Assembly (NCBI GenBank): GCA_965203095.1
Contig: OZ241877.1
Span: 1,504,001 to 1,568,000 of the forward strand
From: Bdellovibrionales bacterium
GTDB taxonomy: Bacteria > Bdellovibrionota > Bdellovibrionia > Bdellovibrionales > UBA1609
Direction of reading: 5' to 3'
DNA length: 64,000 nt
A model generated the notes under the pieces. That model saw only the letters and a program-made list of their open reading frames with translations. It was not told the DNA's origin and searched no databases. Below, one piece after another: positions 56,063-64,000 of the stretch. Each line of letters opens with the position of its first letter. Position 1 is the stretch's first letter. A program made the translations under genes and the position numbers.

Positions 56063-57142
56063 ATGTTCAGTATTTCGCTGACAGAATCATTTTTCAATTT
56101 CCCGCCGAACCTTGCCAGAAATCCCTCCAGCTTTCTGGCTCCCGTGAAAACGGAAATCCACCGTCGTTCCCGCGAAAGCGGGAATCCACCGTCGTTCCCG
56201 CGAAAGCGGGAATCCACCGTCGTTCCCGCGAAAACGGGAATCCACCGTCGTTCCTGCAAAAGCGGGAATCCACCGTCGTTCCTGCAAAAGCGGGAATCCA
56301 TAAATTACTTCTGGACTGGGGGGTATTTATCCTATTCTGGTTGGGGTTTTCTTGGAGGGATTACCTTTGTCCGGGAGGATCAGGTGGATCGAGGGGTTTT
56401 AAGCCATGAGTTGGCTCATCTTTTAGGCCAGCGGAAGGATTTTTATGATCAAGAGGGAAAGCAACAGCAAAAGTGCCGTAGGTTTTCCGGGGATGAGTTG
56501 ATCCCTTGTGCAGGTTATAAAATTCCAAGGGCTTTAGATTCCTGGGTTGAAAATGGGCAAAGGCATTGGAATTTTGTCCAAGATAGATACAGTATTATGG
56601 ACAACAAAAATGAACCTGATATTGAAGAGAATATTTTAGAAGAATTATGGATAGATCGGGAGAGCCATCAGAGGGTATTTTCACCTTACGCCAAAGTCAG
56701 TTCTGTTTTTGATCATCTTCAAAACAAAATCCATTTATCTGAAAAGAAGATTAAACCAAAGAAATTATTAGTTTCTGGTTTTTACGATAAGAAGAGGAAT
56801 CGGTTTTTATCTCCTCAGTTAAGGGTTTTAGAGACGGACGGGGTCACTCCTTCTTTATCTAAGGACTGGGATGTAAAGGAAGTGCCTTTAGTTTCATTTC
56901 ATGTAAAAAACAGGGAGGGATCTCCTTTGCAGACGATTCGTCGTCCTGCTTTTGATGTGGAGTCTCGATTTCTTTATGAGGGGGGAAAGAGTAGAGAATG
57001 TGGTTCCAAGTCTTTTGGTTTATCGATGGTTTCAGCTATTTTTAATTTATCGGAGTTGAGGACAAGTCCAAAGGATATTAAACTTTCTGTTTTTGGCCCG
57101 GAGGGGGAGGAAATTTTTTCCTCCTTATTACCTGAGGATTGA
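56063..57142 (+). CDS. Zinc metallopeptidase-like ORF or fragment whose N-terminus runs through the REP array
   Basis: HELAH motif ('VLSHELAHLLG'), 'SIMD' Met-turn-like; sequence looks protein-like after 56300. Confidence 0.5.
   Translation: MFSISLTESFFNFPPNLARNPSSFLAPVKTEIHRRSRESGNPPSFPRKRESTVVPAKTGIHRRSCKSGNPPSFLQKRESINYFWTGGYLSYSGWGFLGGITFVREDQVDRGVLSHELAHLLGQRKDFYDQEGKQQQKCRRFSGDELIPCAGYKIPRALDSWVENGQRHWNFVQDRYSIMDNKNEPDIEENILEELWIDRESHQRVFSPYAKVSSVFDHLQNKIHLSEKKIKPKKLLVSGFYDKKRNRFLSPQLRVLETDGVTPSLSKDWDVKEVPLVSFHVKNREGSPLQTIRRPAFDVESRFLYEGGKSRECGSKSFGLSMVSAIFNLSELRTSPKDIKLSVFGPEGEEIFSSLLPED
56137..56300. repeat. Tandem array of 28-bp REP-like palindromes (5 full units + 1 degenerate), no spacers
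   Basis: CCGTCGTTCCCGCGAAAGCGGGAATCCA units at 56161, 56189, 56217, 56245, 56273. Confidence 0.92.
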
Positions 57143-57175
57143 CAAAATTCCATAAAAATTATAGGTTTTAACATT

Positions 57176-57775
57176 ATGAAGTTATTTTTTGTTTTCTATT
57201 TATTGTTTTTGTCTTCAAATGCTACGGCTTGGACGGGGTATTGGGAGAGAGCCACTCGTGGTCCTCTTCGTCAGATTGTGTTTTATGGTTATTACTATGC
57301 TGAAGATGAAAAGGAGTTCGAGAAGTCGGAGGAGTATTACCGTAGAAGAGGCTACTTAGAAGAAGGAGAATCTTTTAAGGAAAGCTCACTTTATGGAGGA
57401 GAAGGAAAAGAGCGCTATGGGGGGGGGGGTAGATATTATTGTCACAAAGAGACAGATCCTGAGGATGAGGGCTATACGGTGATTTTTAATCCTAATTTAA
57501 GGGCAAGACTTTATGATGAGGAATGGAACCTTTTAACAGAGGATTATTTGAGGAGTTTTCAGCCGGAAACGGATATTCCATTTAAGTGGAGAGTTAGATC
57601 TTATGTTCCCTACCATCCGGAGGCTTATTATTTAAGGGTTGTAAGGCTTGTTGAAGACAAGGAGGTTGCTGTTCTTTTAGAGAAAAGAGTTGGCAATTTA
57701 GAGCGATTGAAAAGTAGAGGTAGTAGCTACTGGTATGATAAATATTTAGGTTGTTATCGTATCTACCACATCTAA
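57176..57775 (+). CDS. Exported hypothetical protein
   Basis: Signal peptide (MKLFFVFYLLFLSSNATA); Tyr/Glu-rich. Confidence 0.65.
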   Translation: MKLFFVFYLLFLSSNATAWTGYWERATRGPLRQIVFYGYYYAEDEKEFEKSEEYYRRRGYLEEGESFKESSLYGGEGKERYGGGGRYYCHKETDPEDEGYTVIFNPNLRARLYDEEWNLLTEDYLRSFQPETDIPFKWRVRSYVPYHPEAYYLRVVRLVEDKEVAVLLEKRVGNLERLKSRGSSYWYDKYLGCYRIYHI

Positions 57776-58023
57776 CTCTCCTTTTTACTCCTAAAAAATT
57801 GTAGGTTTTAACATTATGAAGTTAGCCATAATCCTTCCTAAACGACTCCAACACCTCTGACTTTTTAACAAACTTTGTCCGAAAGAGAGGTTTTTTCAAA
57901 TATAAAAGCAGAGAAATGGATTTTTTTCTTGTTTTCTGCTTTTTTTTGGGATAAAAACTATTTTGTTTGAAAACTTTAAGAATATTCAAACAGGAATATT
58001 ATAAATAAAAAGGAGGCTCTATT

Positions 58024-58521
58024 ATGAAATGGTTTTTTATAGGAACTGTTATATTTTTCTCTTTTCAATCTTTAGCTAAAACAGGCTATGTCAATTTAAT
58101 GTCGGCTTTTGAAAATACCCATCAAGGGCGTAGGGTGAAAAACCGGATAGAAAAATCAGCAGAAAAAGCGAAAGAGGAGTTTAAAGCGATAGAGCGTAAA
58201 ATTCAAAAGGAAGAGGCAAAGTTAAAAAAAGAGGCCCCACTTTTGTCGGAATCGGCCCGATCGCAAAAAATTCAGCAACTTCAGCAAAAAATTTTAGACT
58301 TTCAAAAATCAGCTAAAGATAAAGATTTAGAATTGCAAAATCTCCAAAATCAGTTGATGAATCCAGTGATTGACAGGCTAAAAACAGTGATTGGGGAAGT
58401 GGCTCGAAAGGAATCTTACCTTGTGATTGAAAATATAGGTAACGATATTTTATGGGTGTCGCCACAGCTGGACCTGACAAAAAAAGTTTGGACTGCTTTC
58501 AATAAAAAATATAAAAAGTAG
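58024..58521 (+). CDS. skp: OmpH/Skp periplasmic chaperone
   Basis: Signal peptide, 'KTGYVNL', long coiled coil, 'DLTKKV'; near bamA. Confidence 0.85.
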   Translation: MKWFFIGTVIFFSFQSLAKTGYVNLMSAFENTHQGRRVKNRIEKSAEKAKEEFKAIERKIQKEEAKLKKEAPLLSESARSQKIQQLQQKILDFQKSAKDKDLELQNLQNQLMNPVIDRLKTVIGEVARKESYLVIENIGNDILWVSPQLDLTKKVWTAFNKKYKK

Positions 58522-58551
58522 ATCCCTCTCCTGATCTCTTTATAAGATCTA

Positions 58552-59481
58552 TTGAAAACACAAATTATAGATTTTGATCAGTCCTCTTTGTCTCCTAAGG
58601 GATCTGTTTTGAGCTTAGGTGGCTTTGACGGGATCCATTTGGGCCATCAGGCTTTAATTGAGAGGCTATTGGCTGAGGCCAAAAAAAGGAAGGCCCCCTC
58701 CTGCCTGTGTCTGTTTGACCCATTGCCTTTTCAATTCCTCAGCGGGAAAAGGCCATTTAAAAGGCTTTTTACTATAGAGGAGACTCAAGAATTTTTAGAG
58801 CCTTTTGGTATTGATTTTTTTTGTATAATCCCTTTCACTCGCTCCTTTTCAAAACTCCGTCCGGAAGAGTTTATTCAATCCTTTATTGTCCGGCATTTTG
58901 ACCCTCTTTTATTAGTGGTGGGCTATGACTTTTCCTTTGCACATCAAAGAGAGGGGAATTTCTCTGTTTTACAAAAATTAGCCCTCCGGTGGGGTTTTTC
59001 TACAAAAAGAATAGAGCCTTGCTTGTTAAAAAAACAACCGATCTCCAGTTCTCGCATCCGGCAATGCCTGTCTTTAGCTCAGATGAATGAGCTGAAGGTC
59101 CTTTTGGGTCGGCCTTTTTCTATTAAGGGCATTGTGGAGCGAGGGGCCGGACGGGGGAGGAAGATAGGCTTTCCCACAGCCAACCTTAAATTGAACCAAA
59201 AGGAACTTCCCCCCATGGGAGTTTATGGAGGAAGGGCACAAATTGCTGGCTCATGGTATAAGTCAGCTATTAATATTGGCCAATGCCCCACTTTTGCCTC
59301 TAAAAAGGGGGGAGGGGCAGTGGTTGTGGAGGTTCATCTTATCCCTTCACCTTTGTTTAGCCTCTATAATCGGCCTATCCGAGTGGAATTGGATTTTTTT
59401 ATCCGGCCGGAAAGGGCCTTCCCTAACACTGAAGAGTTAAAAACAGCCATAAAAGAGGATATTCAAAGGCTGTTTTTATAA
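58552..59481 (+). CDS. ribF: Bifunctional riboflavin kinase / FAD synthetase
   Basis: GGFDGIHLGHQ, VVGYDFSF, ISSSRIR, GRKIGFPTAN, GVY, NIG..PTF, EVH. Confidence 0.95.
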   Translation: MKTQIIDFDQSSLSPKGSVLSLGGFDGIHLGHQALIERLLAEAKKRKAPSCLCLFDPLPFQFLSGKRPFKRLFTIEETQEFLEPFGIDFFCIIPFTRSFSKLRPEEFIQSFIVRHFDPLLLVVGYDFSFAHQREGNFSVLQKLALRWGFSTKRIEPCLLKKQPISSSRIRQCLSLAQMNELKVLLGRPFSIKGIVERGAGRGRKIGFPTANLKLNQKELPPMGVYGGRAQIAGSWYKSAINIGQCPTFASKKGGGAVVVEVHLIPSPLFSLYNRPIRVELDFFIRPERAFPNTEELKTAIKEDIQRLFL

Positions 59482-59495
59482 AAAATTTAAGATTT

Positions 59496-61298
59496 TTGAG
59501 AGAAATAGCCGATAATTTTAATATGAGATCATCTCAAGCGACTAAAAAAGTGGTTCGGCCTAAAAAGTCGATAAAAAGTTCAGCCTTAATCCGCCGGAAG
59601 GGGCCTTCTGATCTGGTGCATACTCAATCCATGAGCCAGCAGTTTATTGAGAGTCTAAAAAATAAAAGTGTTAATCAGTCAGAAATGATGCAGGCTCTTT
59701 TAGAAAAAGGCCATATCACAGAGGAGGAGCTGGCCAATATTTTTAGCCGGGAGCTGGGTTTAGAGGTGATCAACAATTTAAATGAATATAAAATTTCAAA
59801 GGAAGTGTTGGATCTGATTCCACAAAAAATCTGTGAAAGAAACCTCATTCTCCCTTTAGTCAAAATTGACAAGACATTAGTGGTTGTTTTTTCTGATCCA
59901 TCAGATATGAACTTGAGGGACAATCTTTTCCTCATCACAGGGCATAAAATACAGCCGGTGGTGGCCACAAGAACAGCTGTCAAAAAGGCTTTCAGCAAGT
60001 ATTTTGATAACCAAGTAGTTATGGACAACTTGGTTTATGATATGTCTTTTGAATTGGCTGGTTTTGAGGAAGAACTGGCCATTGACTTAAACAAAGAAAA
60101 TGAAAATAAAGAAAAAGACCCTGTAGTGAGTTTTGTGAATTTGATGTTTTCAGACGCCATCCGCTTAAAATCCTCTGACATTCATATTGAGACTTATGAA
60201 AAGGATTTTCGTATCCGCTACCGTATTGATGGCATTCTTCAAGAAAAGCACAATTTATCTAAAGATATGTCAAGTGTGGTGATTTCCCGAATTAAAGTGA
60301 TGAGCGGTATGGACATTAGCGAAAAGAGAAAGCCCCAAGACGCTCGTTTAAAAATCCTTCTCAACGGTATGGAGCTGAATATGCGGGTGAACTCCACACC
60401 CACTGTCAATGGGGAAAAGGTAGTTTTACGAATTTTAGATAACTCCTCTCTTCAAGAGGATATGTCCAAATTAGGTATGGAAAAGTTTCAAATGGAGGCT
60501 TTTATGGAGGCATTGTTTGCCCCTCAAGGTTTGATTTTAATGACAGGCCCCACTGGCTCAGGAAAAACCACAACCATTTATTCCGGTCTGATGAAATTAA
60601 ATACTCCTCAAAGAAATATATCCACGGCAGAGGACCCTGTGGAATTTCGGATCTATGGTATCAATCAGGTGCAGATGAATCCTAAGGCGGGTTTAAATTT
60701 TTCAAGTGCCCTGAGAGCTTTTTTGCGACAAGATCCTGATGTAATACTTGTAGGGGAAATTCGAGATCTGGAAACAGCGGAAATTGCCTTCAAGGCTTCA
60801 GCCACAGGTCACTTGGTTTTAAGCACAGTGCATACCAACGACACGGCCTCCACTGTGACCCGACTGCTTTCCATGGGAGTTCCCTCTTACAGTGTGGCGG
60901 ATAACACTTCTCTGATAGTTTCTCAAAGGCTTCTCCGGCAGTTGTGTGATCAGTGTCGCACACCGGACAACAGTGAGGCTTCTTTGAACAGCCTGTTGCA
61001 ACTTGGGGTTTCTAAAAAAGATATAGATTCTTATGAAGGCAAGATCTTTAAAGAAAACCCTAAAGGTTGTGATTATTGCAACAATTTGGGCTATAAAGGC
61101 CGTGTTGCAGTTTATGAAATGATGAGTGTGACAAAAACAATTAAAAACGGTATTTTTGAAAAGCTAAGCCCTATTCAATTAAAAAAAATGGCTATAGAAA
61201 AAGACGGCTTGATCAGTTTGAGACACAGTGCCCTTCTCAAAGTGAAAGAGGGAAGGACTTCTTTAAGAGAAGTGATCCGGGGCACAGTATTTGATTAA
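59496..61298 (+). CDS. pilB: Type IV pilus assembly ATPase PilB
   Basis: MshEN-like N-domain, SDIHIE, GPTGSGKTTT, LRQDPDVILVGEIRD, tetracysteine motif; start uncertain. Confidence 0.92.
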   Translation: MREIADNFNMRSSQATKKVVRPKKSIKSSALIRRKGPSDLVHTQSMSQQFIESLKNKSVNQSEMMQALLEKGHITEEELANIFSRELGLEVINNLNEYKISKEVLDLIPQKICERNLILPLVKIDKTLVVVFSDPSDMNLRDNLFLITGHKIQPVVATRTAVKKAFSKYFDNQVVMDNLVYDMSFELAGFEEELAIDLNKENENKEKDPVVSFVNLMFSDAIRLKSSDIHIETYEKDFRIRYRIDGILQEKHNLSKDMSSVVISRIKVMSGMDISEKRKPQDARLKILLNGMELNMRVNSTPTVNGEKVVLRILDNSSLQEDMSKLGMEKFQMEAFMEALFAPQGLILMTGPTGSGKTTTIYSGLMKLNTPQRNISTAEDPVEFRIYGINQVQMNPKAGLNFSSALRAFLRQDPDVILVGEIRDLETAEIAFKASATGHLVLSTVHTNDTASTVTRLLSMGVPSYSVADNTSLIVSQRLLRQLCDQCRTPDNSEASLNSLLQLGVSKKDIDSYEGKIFKENPKGCDYCNNLGYKGRVAVYEMMSVTKTIKNGIFEKLSPIQLKKMAIEKDGLISLRHSALLKVKEGRTSLREVIRGTVFD

Positions 61299-61313
61299 GT
61301 AAGGAGTGTAAGT

Positions 61314-62384
61314 ATGATTTCCATGTTAGAAGTTTTACAGTTGGCTTACAGTAAAAAAGCTTCAGATATTCATATTACAACGGGCAGTCCTCCCATTTTG
61401 CGTGTGCACGGGCAGTTGTTTAAACTGGATTCTCAGCCATTGGACTCTGAGCAGACAAAAACAATGTGTTATTCCTTAATCTCTAATGAGCAAAAAGCTC
61501 GTTTAGAAAATGAAAAGAATCTGGATTTTAGCTTTTTTGTTAAAAACATGACTCGTTTCCGGGGCACTTTGTTTTTTCAAAGATCAGCTGTTGTGGGAAC
61601 TTTTCGTGTTTTGAATGCCATGCCCCCAGCAGTGGGGAATTTGGGCCTCCCCCCAGCAGTGGAAAACACCATTCGCTACCCTAACGGCTTAGTTTTGATT
61701 ACAGGCCCTACTGGTGCGGGAAAAAGCACTACTTTAGCCGCCATCATCAACGCCATCAATGAAACCCGGCGAGGGCATATTTTAACTCTTGAAGATCCCA
61801 TAGAGATACTTCATTCTCATAAAAATTGTATTGTCAACCAAAGGGAAATTGGGGTGGATTGTCACTCTTTTGCTGATGGGATGAAAAGTGCTTTAAGACT
61901 GGATCCCGATATATGTCTTGTGGGAGAGATGCGGGACTTGGAGACAATAGAAATGAGTCTTAAGTTAGCGGAGACAGGCCATCTGGTTTTTTCTACCCTT
62001 CATACCAATTCAGCGGCTAAAACTGTGGATCGGATTATTGGTTCTTTTCCAGCTGTAGATCGCTCTGTAATATGCACTCAGTTGAGCACTGTGCTTCAAG
62101 CGGTAATATCCCAAAAATTAGTGCGTTCAAAAACCGGAGGCAGAAAGGTGGCTGTAGAGATTATGTTTACTAATGCCGCAATTAGAAATCTTATCCGTGA
62201 AGAAAAGATTTTTCAAATTTACAGCGTAATACAAACCAACTATAGTGAGGGTATGACTACGATGAATAATAGCTTGCTTAGGCTGGTTAAAAACGGTGAA
62301 ATAGATCCTAAAGAAGCTTTCCGGGTGAGTTCTGAAAAAGAGGAGCTTTATCAACTATTAAAGAAACAAAAAATTGCCGTTTAA
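61314..62384 (+). CDS. pilT: Type IV pilus retraction ATPase PilT
   Basis: ASDIH, GPTGAGKSTT, EDPIE, LRLDPD, ETGHLVFSTLHT, AIRNLIRE. Confidence 0.95.
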   Translation: MISMLEVLQLAYSKKASDIHITTGSPPILRVHGQLFKLDSQPLDSEQTKTMCYSLISNEQKARLENEKNLDFSFFVKNMTRFRGTLFFQRSAVVGTFRVLNAMPPAVGNLGLPPAVENTIRYPNGLVLITGPTGAGKSTTLAAIINAINETRRGHILTLEDPIEILHSHKNCIVNQREIGVDCHSFADGMKSALRLDPDICLVGEMRDLETIEMSLKLAETGHLVFSTLHTNSAAKTVDRIIGSFPAVDRSVICTQLSTVLQAVISQKLVRSKTGGRKVAVEIMFTNAAIRNLIREEKIFQIYSVIQTNYSEGMTTMNNSLLRLVKNGEIDPKEAFRVSSEKEELYQLLKKQKIAV

Positions 62385-62408
62385 CTTTAAATAAATAAGG
62401 AGTTCGCT

Positions 62409-63602
62409 ATGCCTGTTTTTATATACAATGTTAAGAAAGGTGACAAGCTGATCAAAGGCGAGATCAAAGCACAAAATTTGCAAATCGCTGAAATGAAGCT
62501 CAAAGCCAGAAAAATTGACTTTGTTTATATTAAGGAAAAACCCATTATTCCTTTTTTTGCTGGTGGTGGGAAAATCAAAAGATCTGTGGTGCTTTTTTTC
62601 ACCCGTCAGCTCTCTTTTCTCTTAAGTGCAGGTGTGTCTTTAATTCAAGCTTTGGAAATGTGTATTTCTACAAGTGATAATAAAAACTTTCAATATGTTT
62701 TGCAGTCCATGTTAAGGCAGTTGGAGGGAGGTAAAAGTTTTTCCCGCAGTCTCCGCTCCCGGCCGGACATATTTGACGGCTTTTATGTCAATATGGTGGT
62801 TTGTGCTGAAGAGACCGGCCTCTTAGATCAAGTTTTAAAAGATCTGGCCAATTATATGGAAAAAGCAGAGGCCATTCGTTCCCGGGTGAAATCCGCTATG
62901 ATGTATCCCGTGATTGTTTTAGTTATTTCTTTTACCATCATTATAGGCATTATACTGTTTGTGGTCCCTCAATTTGAGGCTCTTTATACGGATGCGGGAG
63001 GACTTCCGGCCCTCACTCAAGCCTTTGTCAACTTAAGTCATTTACTGAGGAGTAGTCCTATTATTTTATTGATATTTCTTGTTGGGATCCCTACAGCTAT
63101 GTTTCAATATTCTAAAACCGAAGGAGGAAAAAAGCAGTTGAGAGCTTTAGTTAAAATGCTCCCTTTATTTGGAAAAATACAATATCAATCCGCTATGGTT
63201 CGGTTTTTCCGGTCTTTTCACTCCCTTTTAAAATCAGGTGTGAACTTTTTAGATGCTTTGGATGTGGCTTACAATATAGCGGGGCATGAGGACATTCAAA
63301 GGGGCATTTCTGTATCTAAGGATTTTGTCACAAAGGGAAAAAGCTTTTCCAAAGGTTTGGAGACCAGCAAAGTTTTCCCCCCTTTGGTTTATCACATGGC
63401 CAAAATTGGTGAGGAGAGTGGGAAGATAGAGCAAACTTTTGAAAAACTGACGGACTATTATGAAGAGCACTTGAACAATCTGATTGCGGGTTTAATCAAA
63501 ATGATTGAACCTTTAATGATTGTAATATTGGGAGGCATTATCGGTATTATGGTTTTGGCACTTTATCTTCCTGTGTTCAATATGGGATCGGTTGTGGGTT
63601 AG
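62409..63602 (+). CDS. pilC: Type IV pilus platform protein PilC (GspF family)
   Basis: FTRQLS, AEETG, SAMMYP, IGEESG, MIEP, LYLPVF. Confidence 0.93.
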   Translation: MPVFIYNVKKGDKLIKGEIKAQNLQIAEMKLKARKIDFVYIKEKPIIPFFAGGGKIKRSVVLFFTRQLSFLLSAGVSLIQALEMCISTSDNKNFQYVLQSMLRQLEGGKSFSRSLRSRPDIFDGFYVNMVVCAEETGLLDQVLKDLANYMEKAEAIRSRVKSAMMYPVIVLVISFTIIIGIILFVVPQFEALYTDAGGLPALTQAFVNLSHLLRSSPIILLIFLVGIPTAMFQYSKTEGGKKQLRALVKMLPLFGKIQYQSAMVRFFRSFHSLLKSGVNFLDALDVAYNIAGHEDIQRGISVSKDFVTKGKSFSKGLETSKVFPPLVYHMAKIGEESGKIEQTFEKLTDYYEEHLNNLIAGLIKMIEPLMIVILGGIIGIMVLALYLPVFNMGSVVG

Positions 63603-63609
63603 ATTCATT

Positions 63610-64000
63610 ATGGTCTTTTCTGCTATTTGGCCTTACAGTTATTTGTCTTTTTATCTTGCCAGAGCCTTTACCCATCTGCTTATTTTATTTAGCTTAATAG
63701 CTCATCAGCTTTTATCCTATCCTTTTGTGGACCCTTTACTCTCTGTTGGAGTTTACAGCTTGTGTGGCCTTATTTTGTTTTTTGATGGCCTGTTTTTGTT
63801 TTTTTATAAAGAGGAACAGCAAAAAGATCTTTTACTGCTTCTTCTTTTAGCAGAGGCTATTTTTTTGTCTGCTCTTATGGCTGTTTTAGGTTTTGTAGGG
63901 CTGTTTTTTATTTTGCCTTTGGTTTTTATCCAATCTCTTCCCTTGTTTTTGTCCGGAAAAACTTTTTCGGCCATATCATTTTTGCTTTATTTGGCCATTT
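63610..64000 (+). CDS. Multi-pass membrane protein, truncated by the window edge; probably the PilS sensor N-terminus
   Basis: Open frame from ATG 63610 to the end with several TM helices; position after pilC. Confidence 0.55.
   Translation, partial: MVFSAIWPYSYLSFYLARAFTHLLILFSLIAHQLLSYPFVDPLLSVGVYSLCGLILFFDGLFLFFYKEEQQKDLLLLLLLAEAIFLSALMAVLGFVGLFFILPLVFIQSLPLFLSGKTFSAISFLLYLAI

Noticed and set aside
56137..56300. CRISPR array
   Set aside because: The 28-bp palindromic units are directly abutting with no unique spacers, no cas genes are present, and the same motif is dispersed singly across the window
55960..56409. Overlapping ORFs 55960..56409, 55984..56301 and 56087..56287
   Set aside because: Open only because the palindrome array lacks stop codons (VVPAKAGI/WIPAFAG translations); not independent genes
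826..63470. Numerous short antisense or alternate-frame ORFs in the track overlapping confident genes
   Set aside because: Shadow ORFs with no motifs or RBS, fully inside well-supported CDSs
1..64000. tRNA, rRNA, riboswitches, transposase or integrase genes
   Set aside because: None recognised by eye; a covariance-model or HMM scan would be needed to exclude them firmly

Overview
AT-rich bacterial chromosome segment, most consistent with a Bdellovibrionota (Bdellovibrionales-like) genome. This assignment is an inference from the short 981-aa PutA, the pilB-pilT-pilC-pilS order, TPR/GYF-like proteins, a pilin and an RxPAS-motif protein. The housekeeping backbone is ccsA, purH, alr, pepA, gpsA, oligopeptidase B, putA, thrS-infC (ATT start), murF, gspG/H, prfB (+1 frameshift), lolC/E-lolD-bamA-skp, ribF and pilBTC. 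A ~15.6 kb, visibly more AT-rich defence-type island (about 34.4-50.0 kb) lies between gspH and prfB. It carries a type I R-M system (EcoAI/EcoEI-like), an AlbA/RecG-like regulator, an NDT-like protein, an MNT-HEPN pair, DUF4145- and DUF4209-like HEPN proteins and a Fic protein. The most striking unexplained structure is in this island. Consecutive unrelated genes are preceded by a shared module: a dRS3/REP-like palindrome variant (CATTCCCGCCTTGAGCGGGAATCCA), an A-rich spacer, AAGGAGGAAAA(TAAA)ATG, and in two cases the same first codons (MSDQKN). This resembles an integron-like cassette array built on REP palindromes, with no integrase seen in the window. The same palindrome family also sits in frame inside hsdS, forms a 28-bp tandem array in a metallopeptidase ORF, and is part of a composite TA-flanked MITE family with a conserved-loop hairpin. 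Other oddities are a subtilase split at an A10 tract, a GpsA with a signal-peptide-like leader, large loop insertions in ThrRS and BamA, an orphan hsdS tail and a micro-gene cluster with operator-like palindromes. All functional calls come from reading motifs by eye; no database searches were run.
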